DNA from: Armatimonadota bacterium
GTDB lineage: Bacteria > Sysuimicrobiota > Sysuimicrobiia > Sysuimicrobiales > Humicultoraceae
Direction of reading: 5' to 3'
Length of the DNA: 64,000 nt
NCBI GenBank assembly: GCA_052387355.1
Contig: JBQTJG010000332.1
Coordinates: 1,302 to 65,301, forward strand
The translations under genes and the position numbers were made by a program. The notes below the pieces were generated by a model, which did not search any database, was not told where the DNA came from, and saw only the letters and a program-made list of their open reading frames with translations. The stretch's first letter is position 1; every line of letters begins with the position of its first letter. Positions 55,547 through 64,000 of the stretch are shown here, piece after piece.

Positions 55547-56911
55547 TCAGTGCTCTCCCGAGACGTCGGTCAGACACTCCTCGAGAATGGCGAGCGCCCG
55601 GTCCATCTCCTCGCGTGAAATCACCAGCGGCGGCGTGAGCGCAAGAACGTTCCCCATCGTCACCTTGAAGCTCAACCCCTTCGAGAGCGCGGCGTACATC
55701 ACGGCCTCGGCCTGATCTGTCGCCCGGGCCCGGCTGACGCGATCCGTGACAAGATCGACACCCAGGAGCAGACCCAACCCACGAACGTCACCGATCAGCG
55801 GGTGCCGGTCCTTCATCGCCGTCAATCGGTCGAGCGCGTACCGTCCCAGGTCCCGCGCGTGCGCGACGAGTCGGTGCTCCTCGATGTACGTAATCGTTGC
55901 GAGCGCGGCGACGCAGGCCACGGGGTTCTTCTAGAGCGTGTAGTGCCCCAGTGCCCCGTCGGCCGCCGCGTCCAGCGCTTCGCGGACAATGAGCGCGGCC
56001 ATCGGGAAGATCCCGCCACCCAGCCCTTTGCCAAGGACCAGCATGTCCGGGACGATGCCGTAGTGCTCACAGGCGAACATCGTCCCTGTCCGGCCGAGCG
56101 CGGTGGGGATCTCGTCGAGAATCAGCAGCGCCCCGTGCCGATCACACGCCCGGCGAACGGCCCGCCAATACTCCGGCGACGGGATGACACAGGTGCTGCG
56201 TACGGTCTCGGCGACAACCGCCGCGACATCGCCTTCCTTCTCTAGAACGTACTCAATGTATCCGGCGCACTTCAGATCGCAACCACCCCGGCTTCCGCAG
56301 TCCCACAGGCAGCGGTACTCGTCGGGCGGCGGCACGTGCTCAGCGCCGGGCAGCAGTGGCCCGATGCCGCGGCGGAAGAGCTCCTCGCCCCCAACCGAAA
56401 TGGCGTCGAGCGACGCGCCGTGGAACGAATCCCACATCGAAATCGTCTTGTGGTGCCCGGTGACCACGCGGGCCAACTTGAGCGCCATGCCGACGGCTCC
56501 GGTGCCGCCCGGACAGAACAGCACCTTGTTGAGATCGCCGGGGGCGACCTCCACCAGCTTCTTCGCGAGATCCACCGCCACGCGATTGGTGTAGCGGCGG
56601 GTGCAGAAGCTGAGGTCGTCGAGCTGTGCCTTGATCGCGGCGACGACCGTCGGGTTGCCAAATCCCACCTGGTGCACGCTGTTCCCGTGGAAATCCATGT
56701 ACCGCCGGCCCTGCAGGTCCTCGATGTAGATCCCCTCACAACGCTGCAGGGCGTTCAGACAGGGTGTCGACAACGACTGATGGAGGACGTAGCGCGCGTC
56801 CTCCTCTAGCAATGCCCGCGTCCCCACGTCAAGCGCGGAAGCCTGCCACCGGTCGCGCCGCACGGAGATGTTGATGTCGCCTTCAGATTGCGCAGATGAG
56901 ACTTCGCCCAT
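55547..56911 (-). pseudogene. Class-III (omega) aminotransferase interrupted by one in-frame TAG at 55931-55933
   Basis: The track ORFs 55931..56911 and 55547..55921 share one frame. The junction reads GHYTL*KNPVACVAALA, where family members read GHYT-x-x-x-NP-x-ACAAAL. The PLP lysine in LVLGKGLGGG is intact. No other lesions were seen. Confidence 0.7.
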
Positions 56912-56941
56912 CCTTTTACACCCTCTACACCCTCGGTGTCC

Positions 56942-57886
56942 CTACAAACTCTTACTGTCCTTTCGGCGGCCTGTTGCTTCCCGTCGCCTCGATAAACTCC
57001 TGCCGGAGCGGCGCTTCGGCAGCAGCGCCAGGAATGACGCGAGCACGGGAGAGAGGACGCGGTCGCGGTGATAGACGAGGGTGAAGTCAAGGTGGAGGGA
57101 TCTGCGCAGCGGCCGTCCGACCAGACGGCCCGTCGCCAGATCCTGGGCAACCGCCGCATGGGCCATGATCGCGACCCCAATACCGTCCGCGACCGCGCTC
57201 TTGATCGCTTCGTTGCTCTCCAGTTCCATGGAGGGGTCGACCACGACGCCGTGGGCCCGAAACGCTCGCTCAACGAGCTCGCGGGTTGTCGATCCGGGTT
57301 CACGGAGCACCAGAGGAAACCCACGAAGATCCTTGATGGACAGCGTGGGTTTCCGGGCGAGCGCATGCCGTGGAGGCAGGATCACGAGCATGCGATCTCG
57401 GATAAGGGCCCGCGGCACAAGCTGGGGAGTATTGGGGCGACCGGCGATCAAGCCCGCGTGCAGCGTGAAGTCCAGGATACCCGCGAGAATCGTCTGGGAG
57501 TTGCCTACCGACAGACTCACCAGGACGCCTGGGTACCGCTTCTTGAAGCGATCAAGCAGATCGGACACGTAATACGCCCCCGCCGTCCGGCTGGCCCCTA
57601 CCTTCAGATGGCCGGTCTGCAGCCCTGACACGCCTTCCAGCGCGTCGCGAGCGGCGTCGGCCAGGTGGAAGATGCGTTGGGCAAAGACCTCGAGCGTCTG
57701 CCCCGCTTCGGCCAAGACGAGGCGCCGGCCATCGCGGTGGAAGAGCCGTAGACCGATGGCCCGCTCGAGCCGGTGGATCTGCTGCGTGACCGCCGGCTGC
57801 GTGATCCCGAGGTGGCGGGCCGCCTTGTTGAAGCTTTGATGAACGACCACCAGGTGGAACGTTCGGAGTGGAACCAGGGGGATCAT
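56942..57886 (-). CDS. LysR-family transcriptional regulator
   Basis: N-terminal HTH FNKAARHLGITQPAVTQQIHRLE plus a LysR substrate-binding domain. Confidence 0.85.
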   Translation of the reverse strand: MIPLVPLRTFHLVVVHQSFNKAARHLGITQPAVTQQIHRLERAIGLRLFHRDGRRLVLAEAGQTLEVFAQRIFHLADAARDALEGVSGLQTGHLKVGASRTAGAYYVSDLLDRFKKRYPGVLVSLSVGNSQTILAGILDFTLHAGLIAGRPNTPQLVPRALIRDRMLVILPPRHALARKPTLSIKDLRGFPLVLREPGSTTRELVERAFRAHGVVVDPSMELESNEAIKSAVADGIGVAIMAHAAVAQDLATGRLVGRPLRRSLHLDFTLVYHRDRVLSPVLASFLALLPKRRSGRSLSRRREATGRRKDSKSL

Positions 57887-57906
57887 TTCATAACGTCCTC
57901 TTATAT

Positions 57907-57919
57907 ATAGTGCCGCTAT
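57907..57919. promoter_or_regulatory. Candidate LysR-type operator dyad
   Basis: ATAG-tgccg-CTAT palindrome in the 93-nt AT-rich divergent intergenic region, just upstream of the predicted -35 element. Confidence 0.35.
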
Positions 57920-57926
57920 CTCTTAT

Positions 57927-57955
57927 TTGACATTATAATACATCCACCGCATAAT
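57927..57955 (+). promoter_or_regulatory. Near-consensus sigma-70 promoter for the CoA-transferase operon
   Basis: TTGACA (57927-57932), a 17-nt spacer, then CATAAT (57950-57955). It ends about 25 nt upstream of ATG 57980. Confidence 0.5.
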
Positions 57956-57979
57956 GCTGGCGTTCGAGTCTGAGGCCTG

Positions 57980-58960
57980 ATGCGAACGATGCCGCCCGCT
58001 AGCACTCGCACCACCCACAAGGTGATGACCGCGACCGAGGCGGTCGGCCGATTCGTCCGCCCAGGCGCCATCCTCGGCATGGGCGGCCAGAATATCGGCC
58101 GGTGCCCCATGGCCCTTACCCACGAGATCATCCGACAGCACATCGGCGGTCTGACCGTCGTCGGCTGCAACCTTTCGATCTCCATGGACCAGCTCGTCGG
58201 CGCCGGGCTCGTGAGACGGTGCGAGTCCGGGACCGGAAACCTGGAGCGATTCGGGACGACGTTCTGCTGGAGACGCGGTATTGAGAGCGGCGAGCTCGAG
58301 GTTGAGGACTACAGCCATCTCGCGATGGTGAGCCGGTTCCTGGCGGGCGAGATGGGCCTCCCGTTCATGCCGACGCGCAGTATGCTGGGCTCAGATCTCC
58401 TGGGGCCGGACAGCACTCCGACGGGCCGCGGGGCGCCCGTCAACACGCCGCCGGGCGGGCGCCCCGGCAATGCCGTCATCACTGAGAACCCCTGGGACCC
58501 GAGCGAGCGTGTGGTGCTCGTACGCGCGCTGCGGCCCGACGTGTCGATCGTCCATGTCCAGCGCGCCGACCCGCTTGGCAACGTCATCATCGAGGGGTTT
58601 GCGACGCATGAACCTGAGATGATTCGCGCCTCCCATCATGTGATTGTGAGCTGTGAAGAACTGGTGACGACCGACGATATCCGCACCCATCCTGAGCGGA
58701 CGACCGTCCCATTCATGTACGTGGACGCCGTGGTCGTTCAACCCTACGGCGCGTATCCAACATCGACCTATGCCTACTACGATTACGATGCCGCTGAGGT
58801 CGGCGCATACCAGGCGGCCGCTCGCACCGGCTCGCCCGCGATTGACGAGTATCTCCGGAGGGCCATTTGGGCCTGCCGGACCTTCGACGAACACCTCCAG
58901 AGGGCCGCAAATCCCGCCCGGCTCGACGCGCTCGGGAGATCCATGCGTGAGGTGATGTGA
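57980..58960 (+). CDS. CoA-transferase subunit A (glutaconate CoA-transferase GctA-like)
   Basis: Starts KVMTATEAVGRFVRPGAILGMGGQ, with later IVHVQRADPLGN. Paired with a B subunit directly downstream. Confidence 0.75.
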   Translation: MRTMPPASTRTTHKVMTATEAVGRFVRPGAILGMGGQNIGRCPMALTHEIIRQHIGGLTVVGCNLSISMDQLVGAGLVRRCESGTGNLERFGTTFCWRRGIESGELEVEDYSHLAMVSRFLAGEMGLPFMPTRSMLGSDLLGPDSTPTGRGAPVNTPPGGRPGNAVITENPWDPSERVVLVRALRPDVSIVHVQRADPLGNVIIEGFATHEPEMIRASHHVIVSCEELVTTDDIRTHPERTTVPFMYVDAVVVQPYGAYPTSTYAYYDYDAAEVGAYQAAARTGSPAIDEYLRRAIWACRTFDEHLQRAANPARLDALGRSMREVM

Positions 58961-59775
58961 TGCCGCCGCATACGGCGGGTGCCCTCGACTACACGCGTGA
59001 GGAACTGATGGTGATCGAGGCAACCCGGCAGCTTCGCGACGGCGACATCGTGTTTGTGGGCACCGGACTGCCCATGTTGGCGACGACGCTCGCCCAGCGC
59101 GCGCACGCCCCCAACGTGGTCATGGTGATCGAGAGCGGCGTGATCGCGCCGCAGGTGCGTCCGACGCCGATCTCTGTCTCCGATCCCAAGGCAATGTATC
59201 GGGCCATGAAACTTGGAACCCTGCGCGAGGTCCTGGGCTGTCTCCTCCAGCGAGGATTGATCGATGTGGGCTTCATCGGCGGCGCGCAGATCGACCGGTA
59301 TGCCAACATCAACTCGACGCAGATCGGCGCGCCCGGGGCGATGAAGCGGCGCCTGCCGGGCAGCGGCGGCGCCAACGACATGGCCTCCCACTGCCGCCGC
59401 CTGTTGATCATCGCCCATCACGAGCGGCGCCGGTTCCCACAGCGGTGCGACTACATTACGAGTCCTGGATTTCTCGACGGTCCCGGCGGCCGGCAACGGG
59501 CAGGGCTGAATCCGGACTTCGCGGTCACCGTCGTGACCGACCTGGCTGTGATGGAGAACGACCCTGAAACATGCGCGCTGCGCATTGTCAGGCTCATGCC
59601 GGGGATCGCGGTCGACGACGTCCTCGCAGAGACGGGATTCCGGCCGGACACGATGTCCGACCTGCAAGAGGTAGATCCTCCGGCGCCGGATGTCCTCAGG
59701 GTCCTCCGGGAAGAGGTGGATCCGGCGCGGGTCTACCTGAAATCCGAAAAATCAGTGGAGGCATTCAGGAGGTAG
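58957..59775 (+). CDS. CoA-transferase subunit B (GctB-like)
   Basis: Overlaps the subunit A stop (start is GTG 58957 or ATG 58960). Motifs are VFVGTGLPMLA and GSGGANDMAS. Confidence 0.75.
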   Translation: MMPPHTAGALDYTREELMVIEATRQLRDGDIVFVGTGLPMLATTLAQRAHAPNVVMVIESGVIAPQVRPTPISVSDPKAMYRAMKLGTLREVLGCLLQRGLIDVGFIGGAQIDRYANINSTQIGAPGAMKRRLPGSGGANDMASHCRRLLIIAHHERRRFPQRCDYITSPGFLDGPGGRQRAGLNPDFAVTVVTDLAVMENDPETCALRIVRLMPGIAVDDVLAETGFRPDTMSDLQEVDPPAPDVLRVLREEVDPARVYLKSEKSVEAFRR

Positions 59776-59778
59776 GAG

Positions 59779-60633
59779 ATGGACTCGAGGGCGGTCAACG
59801 CGGGCCGCGAACCATTCCACTGGCAGACATCGATCGCCTACAAGACCAAAGAGAAGATCGTCGTCCGCGGCTACGATCTCAACGACCTCACAGGGAATCT
59901 CAGTTTCACCGAGATGGCCTATCTGGTCTGGCGTGGTGAACTCCCGCCCGAGTCGCACACGCGCATGCTGGACGCTCTGCTGGTCAGCCTGGCCGAGCAC
60001 GCGTTTTCGCCGTCGTCCGCCGCGTGCCGCTTCGTGGCTTCCGGTGGGGTGCCGCTGCACGTCGGCGTCGCGGGCGGCATGCTGGCCATCGGATCGGTGC
60101 ACGGCACCGCAGATCGTCCTGCCGAGCTCTTCAAGGATGCCGTCGAGCGCATGACGCGCGAGGAGCTCAGCATAGAGGAAACGGCACTCACGGTGGCCGG
60201 CGATGCACGCAGGGACGGGCGACGGCTGCCCGGGTTTCATCACGCGCAGCATATCGTCGATCCACGCACGGCCCGCCTGCTGGCCCTGGCGGACGAATAT
60301 GGCATTTCGGGCCGGTACGTCACGATGGCACGCGCCATCGAGGCCGCCACCGAACAGTTCTGGGGACGGCGCATCTACCTGAATGGGCCGGGCGCGATGG
60401 GCGCGATCTGTCTGGACATGGGCTTCGACGTGGAGCTGATCAAGGGGGTCTTCCTGCTCTCCCGAACGGTGTCGCTCGTGGCGCATACGTACGAGGAGAT
60501 GCACCGGGAGAAGGGCTGGCGGGCATCGACCAACGCGCAGATCGTCCAGCCCCTCGACCTGTCGCTCCAGAAGCCAGAGTTCTACGACGGCCCTCGTGAT
60601 CGACCGCTGGCCTCTCGGGAGAAGAGAGGGTAG
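59779..60633 (+). CDS. Citrate-synthase-fold protein, short form (citryl-CoA-lyase-like)
   Basis: GSVHGTA and PGFHHAQH are colinear with the citrate synthase GPLHGGA and PGFGH catalytic segments. Only 284 aa. AGGAG SD is present. Confidence 0.65.
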   Translation: MDSRAVNAGREPFHWQTSIAYKTKEKIVVRGYDLNDLTGNLSFTEMAYLVWRGELPPESHTRMLDALLVSLAEHAFSPSSAACRFVASGGVPLHVGVAGGMLAIGSVHGTADRPAELFKDAVERMTREELSIEETALTVAGDARRDGRRLPGFHHAQHIVDPRTARLLALADEYGISGRYVTMARAIEAATEQFWGRRIYLNGPGAMGAICLDMGFDVELIKGVFLLSRTVSLVAHTYEEMHREKGWRASTNAQIVQPLDLSLQKPEFYDGPRDRPLASREKRG

Positions 60634-60636
60634 ATT

Positions 60637-62100
60637 ATGCGGCCTGCGATCCTGGAAGAGATCCCGCAGGGCCGTCTTTTCATCGGCGGCCGCTGGGAAG
60701 AGAGCCGTTCAGGTCGTTCGATTCCGACCTATAACCCGGCGACAGGCGAAGTCCTCGGACAGGTCCCGCTGGCGGATGCCGCCGACGTTGATCGCGCCGT
60801 GCAGGCGGGTTTCGACGCGTTCCCCGCGTGGGCCCAGACCCCCGGGCCGCAGCGGGGCGAGCGCCTCCGAGCACTGGCGCGGGCGCTGCGCGAGCATCGC
60901 GAGGACTTCGCGCACCTGGACGCGCTTAACTCCGGCAACGTCATCGCCGCGATGCGGCGTGACGTGGACTGGGCCGCGGATTCGCTCGACTACTTCGCGG
61001 GTCTGATTCCGGAAATCAAGGGCGAAACGCTCCCGTCTGGTCCGGCCCTCTTCCACTACACGGTTCGCGAGCCGTTCGGCCTCGTCGCCAAGATCAATCC
61101 CTTCAACCATCCTATCCGTTTTGCCGCCGAGAAACTCGCGGCCCCGCTGGCCGCCGGCAACACCGTCGTGATTAAGCCGCCTGAGCAGGCGCCGCTGTCC
61201 TCACTCGTGCTCGGTCATCTGGTGCAGGATATCTTTCCGCCGGGCGTGGTCAACATCGTGACCGGCGACGGGACGACCACGGGCGCGGCGCTGGTGCGCC
61301 ATCCACTCGTCAGACGAATCGCGCTGATCGGCTCCGTGGAGGCGGGACGCGCCGTCATGCGGGCGGCCAGCGACGAGCTGAAGACGGTCACGCTGGAGCT
61401 CGGCGGCAAGAATCCGCTGATCCTGTTTCCCGACGTTGACCCGGATGAGGCGGCCGAGGCCGCCGTCGGCGCGATGAACTTCAATCGCGCCGGCCAGTCC
61501 TGCAGCAGCACCTCCCGGGTCTTCGTCCATCGCGACCTGCATGACGCGTTCGTCGGCGCGCTGCTGGACCGCCTTGGTCACCTGCGAGTGGGCCTGCCGG
61601 AGTCCGAGGAAAGCCAGATGGGCTGCCTCATCTCCCGTGAACAGCATGAGAAGGTACTCTCGTATATTGAGTCAGGAAAGCGTGAGGGGGCGCGCCTGCT
61701 CTTTGGTGGTGGCGTGCCGGACGATCCCGGCCTGCGCCGAGGCTTCTTCGTGCAACCCACGCTGTTCGATAGCGTCCGGCCCGAGATGAAGATTGCGCAG
61801 GAGGAGATCTTTGGTCCCGTCATCAGCATGATGACCTGGAATGACGAGGAGGACATGCTCCGGCAGGTCAACGACGTCCTCTACGGCCTGAGCGCCGCCA
61901 TCTATACTCGCGACTATGCGAAGGCCCACCGCATCGCGCGGCGGATCGAGGCCGGCTACATTTGGGTGAACATCCCCGGAGGCCACGCACTCGGCTCGCC
62001 CTATGGCGGCATCAAGCAGAGCGGTCTCGGCCGGGAGGAGTGCCTCGACGAGTTGTTGAGCTACACGCAGATCAAGACTGTCAGGATGGCTCTACCTTGA
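60637..62100 (+). CDS. NAD(P)-dependent aldehyde dehydrogenase family protein
   Basis: VTLELGGKNP (catalytic Glu), NRAGQSCSSTSR (catalytic Cys) and EEIFGPV. Confidence 0.85.
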   Translation: MRPAILEEIPQGRLFIGGRWEESRSGRSIPTYNPATGEVLGQVPLADAADVDRAVQAGFDAFPAWAQTPGPQRGERLRALARALREHREDFAHLDALNSGNVIAAMRRDVDWAADSLDYFAGLIPEIKGETLPSGPALFHYTVREPFGLVAKINPFNHPIRFAAEKLAAPLAAGNTVVIKPPEQAPLSSLVLGHLVQDIFPPGVVNIVTGDGTTTGAALVRHPLVRRIALIGSVEAGRAVMRAASDELKTVTLELGGKNPLILFPDVDPDEAAEAAVGAMNFNRAGQSCSSTSRVFVHRDLHDAFVGALLDRLGHLRVGLPESEESQMGCLISREQHEKVLSYIESGKREGARLLFGGGVPDDPGLRRGFFVQPTLFDSVRPEMKIAQEEIFGPVISMMTWNDEEDMLRQVNDVLYGLSAAIYTRDYAKAHRIARRIEAGYIWVNIPGGHALGSPYGGIKQSGLGREECLDELLSYTQIKTVRMALP

Positions 62101-62230
62101 CCCACCTTTCACCCCGGCTTGACCCTCCTAACCTATCATTGGGCACGGGGGTCCAAGGGTTTGACGTACACTCAGGGAATAGTAGAGGCGATTCGCCGCC
62201 GGATCGATCCATACAGAGGGAGGGTGTCGT

Positions 62231-63283
62231 ATGCTGCAACCTGCGATGACGGTTGTCTTTAGACGCCTTGTGGCCTGGGTGGTTCTCGCGGTGCTCGCTG
62301 CGGGTCTCGTGAGCAGCGCGTCCGCACAGGCCCCGACGCGGTTGACCGTGTACACCGCGCTCGAGAATGAGCAGTTGGCTCCGTACAAGGCGGCCTTTGA
62401 AGCGGACAATCCTGGCGTCACGATCGACTGGGTGCGTGATTCGACCGGAGTCATTACGGCCCGCATTCTCGCCGAAAAAGAAAACCCGCGGGCCGACGCC
62501 ATCTGGGGTCTCGCCGTCACCAGCCTGCTGATTTTCGATGAGCAGAACATGCTTCTCCCATATACCCCACGGGGCGCTGACGCGCTCAAGCCCGCCTTTC
62601 GCGACACCAAGAACCCGATGACCTGGACAGGCATGGACGCCTGGCTCTCGGTCATCTGCTACAACCACATCGAGGCGAAGCGACGCGGGCTGCGCGCCCC
62701 GTCCACCTGGCAGGATCTGCTGAACCCGGCATACAAAGGCCGTGTTGTGATGCCGAACCCGGCGTCGTCCGGCACCGGCTACCTCACGATCGCGGCGTGG
62801 CTGCAGATGCTGGGTGAACAAAAGGGCTGGGAGTACATGGACAAGCTGCACGAGAACATCGGCCTCTACCTCCACTCTGGCACCGCGCCGTGCAACCGGG
62901 CCGCGCAGGGTGAGTTCGCTATGGCGATCGCGTTCGATGCGCGAGGCGCGCTCCTGAAGCAGCAGGGCGCCCCGATCGAAGTCATCATTCCCAAGGAGGG
63001 CGCAGGCTGGGATATGGAGGCGACGGCCATCGTCCGTGGGACGCGCAACCAGGCGGCGGCGCAACGCCTCGCCGACTTCACCGTCACTCGAAGGGCCAAC
63101 GAACTGTACAATCAGTTCTATTCGATCGTCGCCCTGCCTGGTCTGACCAACGTCCCGCCCTTCTATCCGCCGAACGCCGAGAAAGCGATGTTCAAGAACG
63201 ACCTCGCCTGGATGGCCAAGAACCGGGCGCGCATTCTGCAGGAGTGGGCAAGGCGCTACGACACGAAGTCCGCGCCGCGCTGA
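62231..63283 (+). CDS. ABC transporter substrate-binding protein, Fe3+/2-aminoethylphosphonate-type (family 1)
   Basis: Signal peptide VAWVVLAVLAAGLVSSASAQA. LTVYTALENEQLAPYKAAFEADNPGVTIDWVRDSTGVITARILAEK resembles putative 2-AEP/iron SBPs. GGGAGGG SD is present. Confidence 0.7.
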   Translation: MLQPAMTVVFRRLVAWVVLAVLAAGLVSSASAQAPTRLTVYTALENEQLAPYKAAFEADNPGVTIDWVRDSTGVITARILAEKENPRADAIWGLAVTSLLIFDEQNMLLPYTPRGADALKPAFRDTKNPMTWTGMDAWLSVICYNHIEAKRRGLRAPSTWQDLLNPAYKGRVVMPNPASSGTGYLTIAAWLQMLGEQKGWEYMDKLHENIGLYLHSGTAPCNRAAQGEFAMAIAFDARGALLKQQGAPIEVIIPKEGAGWDMEATAIVRGTRNQAAAQRLADFTVTRRANELYNQFYSIVALPGLTNVPPFYPPNAEKAMFKNDLAWMAKNRARILQEWARRYDTKSAPR

Positions 63284-63311
63284 TCGGCGGGGACATTCTT
63301 GAGAACGCGTC

Positions 63312-63346
63312 CCGGCCCCCGTTTGCGCAGCAGCAGCGGGGGCTGG
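63312..63346 (+). terminator. Intercistronic stem-loop after the binding-protein gene (possible attenuator)
   Basis: CCGGCCCCCG (63312-63321) pairs with CGGGGGCTGG (63337-63346) with one mismatch and a 15-nt loop. GGTGTTTCC follows. Confidence 0.35.
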
Positions 63347-63356
63347 GGTGTTTCCT

Positions 63357-64000
63357 ATGAGTGCTGAGTACGCCAGCCTCGAACCCAGCACCGCGGGTGG
63401 CCAGGCTCGCGCACCCTATATCCAGGTCGAGCACATCTGGAAGTTGTTCGGCGCGTTCACCGCCCTGAAAGATGTGTCGTTCGACATTTACCCCGGCGAT
63501 TTCGTGTGCCTATTGGGACCGTCGGGCTGCGGCAAGACGACCCTCATGCGGATCATCATGGGCCTGGAAACCCAGACCCGCGGGCGCCTCATCCGAGGGG
63601 GCCATGATGTCTCAATTCTGCCTCCCGCAGCGCGTGACTTCGGCATCGTCTTCCAGTCGTACGCCCTCTTCCCCAATCTGAGCGTATTCGACAATATCGC
63701 TTACGGTCTGTACAGTCGCAAGATGAGCCGCCTGCAGATCAGGTCAAGGGTCGAAGAGCTGCTGACGCTCATCGGGCTGCCTGAAGCCGGCGGCAAGTTC
63801 CCGGCCCAGCTTTCCGGAGGCCAACAGCAGCGGGTGGCCCTGGCGCGTGCGCTGGCCCCCTCGCCGAGCCTGCTCCTCCTGGACGAACCGCTGTCGGCGC
63901 TCGATGCGCGCCTCCGCGTCCGGCTGCGGCACGAGCTGCGAACCCTGCAACGGCGTCTCCAGGTCACCACGATGCTGGTCACGCATGATCAAGAAGAGGC
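63357..64000 (+). CDS. ABC transporter ATP-binding protein (PotA/FbpC/PhnT-like); 3' end cut by window edge
   Basis: The ORF is open from ATG 63357 to the window end, so it is absent from the track. Motifs are [36 protein letters not shown] and VTHDQEE. Confidence 0.85.
   Translation, partial: MSAEYASLEPSTAGGQARAPYIQVEHIWKLFGAFTALKDVSFDIYPGDFVCLLGPSGCGKTTLMRIIMGLETQTRGRLIRGGHDVSILPPAARDFGIVFQSYALFPNLSVFDNIAYGLYSRKMSRLQIRSRVEELLTLIGLPEAGGKFPAQLSGGQQQRVALARALAPSPSLLLLDEPLSALDARLRVRLRHELRTLQRRLQVTTMLVTHDQEE

Noticed and set aside
55925-55936. The premature TAG of the aminotransferase sits in TCTAGA (an XbaI site). I considered a cloning or engineering scar, or pyrrolysine decoding.
   Set aside because: There is no vector-like or otherwise foreign sequence around it, and CTCTAG(A) strings also occur at about 55114 and 56241, so this looks like chance. 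No pyl genes or other evidence for TAG recoding is present. It is treated as a nonsense mutation or sequencing error.
63472-63681. Track ORF of 69 aa on the plus strand near the window end.
   Set aside because: It is out of frame with the clear ABC ATPase reading frame. That frame starts at 63357 and runs off the window, so it lacks a stop and is absent from the track.
1-64000. Scan for CRISPR-like regularly spaced repeats, long direct or inverted repeats, IS elements, integrases, phage genes or rRNA operons.
   Set aside because: Nothing of this kind was recognised by eye. All sizeable ORFs are accounted for by metabolic, transport, regulatory or repair families. A computational repeat search would be needed to exclude short dispersed repeats.

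Overview
This is a very GC-rich, densely packed bacterial chromosomal segment with about 60 protein genes on both strands. Many genes are translationally coupled through ATGA/GTGA start-stop overlaps, and GGAGG-type Shine-Dalgarno sites are strong. I found no rRNA, tRNA, CRISPR array, transposase, integrase or phage gene. Gene content is dominated by solute import and nitrogen-compound or organic-acid catabolism:
- Transporters: a Liv-type ABC system, a Pot-type ABC system, a Tat-dependent family-5 binding protein, an Fe3+/2-aminoethylphosphonate-type ABC system and two DHA2 MFS transporters.
- Catabolic enzymes: two xanthine-dehydrogenase-family molybdenum-binding subunits, D-hydantoinase, HyuA/HyuB, two creatininase-family proteins, M19/M20/M24 peptidases, CoA-transferase, a citryl-CoA-lyase-like protein and an aldehyde dehydrogenase.
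- Housekeeping genes: guaB, rsgA, lhgO and a MetE-like methionine synthase.

The parts most worth follow-up are:
1. A LysR-headed minus-strand operon (48.6-57.9 kb). It joins an ATP-dependent hydantoinase/oxoprolinase pair to an overlapping 66-aa TRASH-type zinc-ribbon mini-protein, a creatininase-family enzyme, a SelA/DgaE-like PLP enzyme, a histidine phosphatase and a class-III aminotransferase broken by one in-frame TAG.
2. A bacterial XPB-like helicase / Bax1(DUF790)-like nuclease pair with an R-A-D triplet where XPBs have RED, next to a vapBC toxin-antitoxin pair.
3. A candidate SAM-I-clan riboswitch in front of the MetE-like gene.
4. A cyclase-like (DUF2652-type) / SRPBCC fusion protein.
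5. Two molybdoenzyme large subunits with no FeS or FAD partner genes nearby.

All family calls come from reading motifs by eye. None has been checked against a database. Lineage cannot be fixed from the sequence alone; the content would fit Chloroflexota/Thermomicrobia-like or Actinomycetota genomes.
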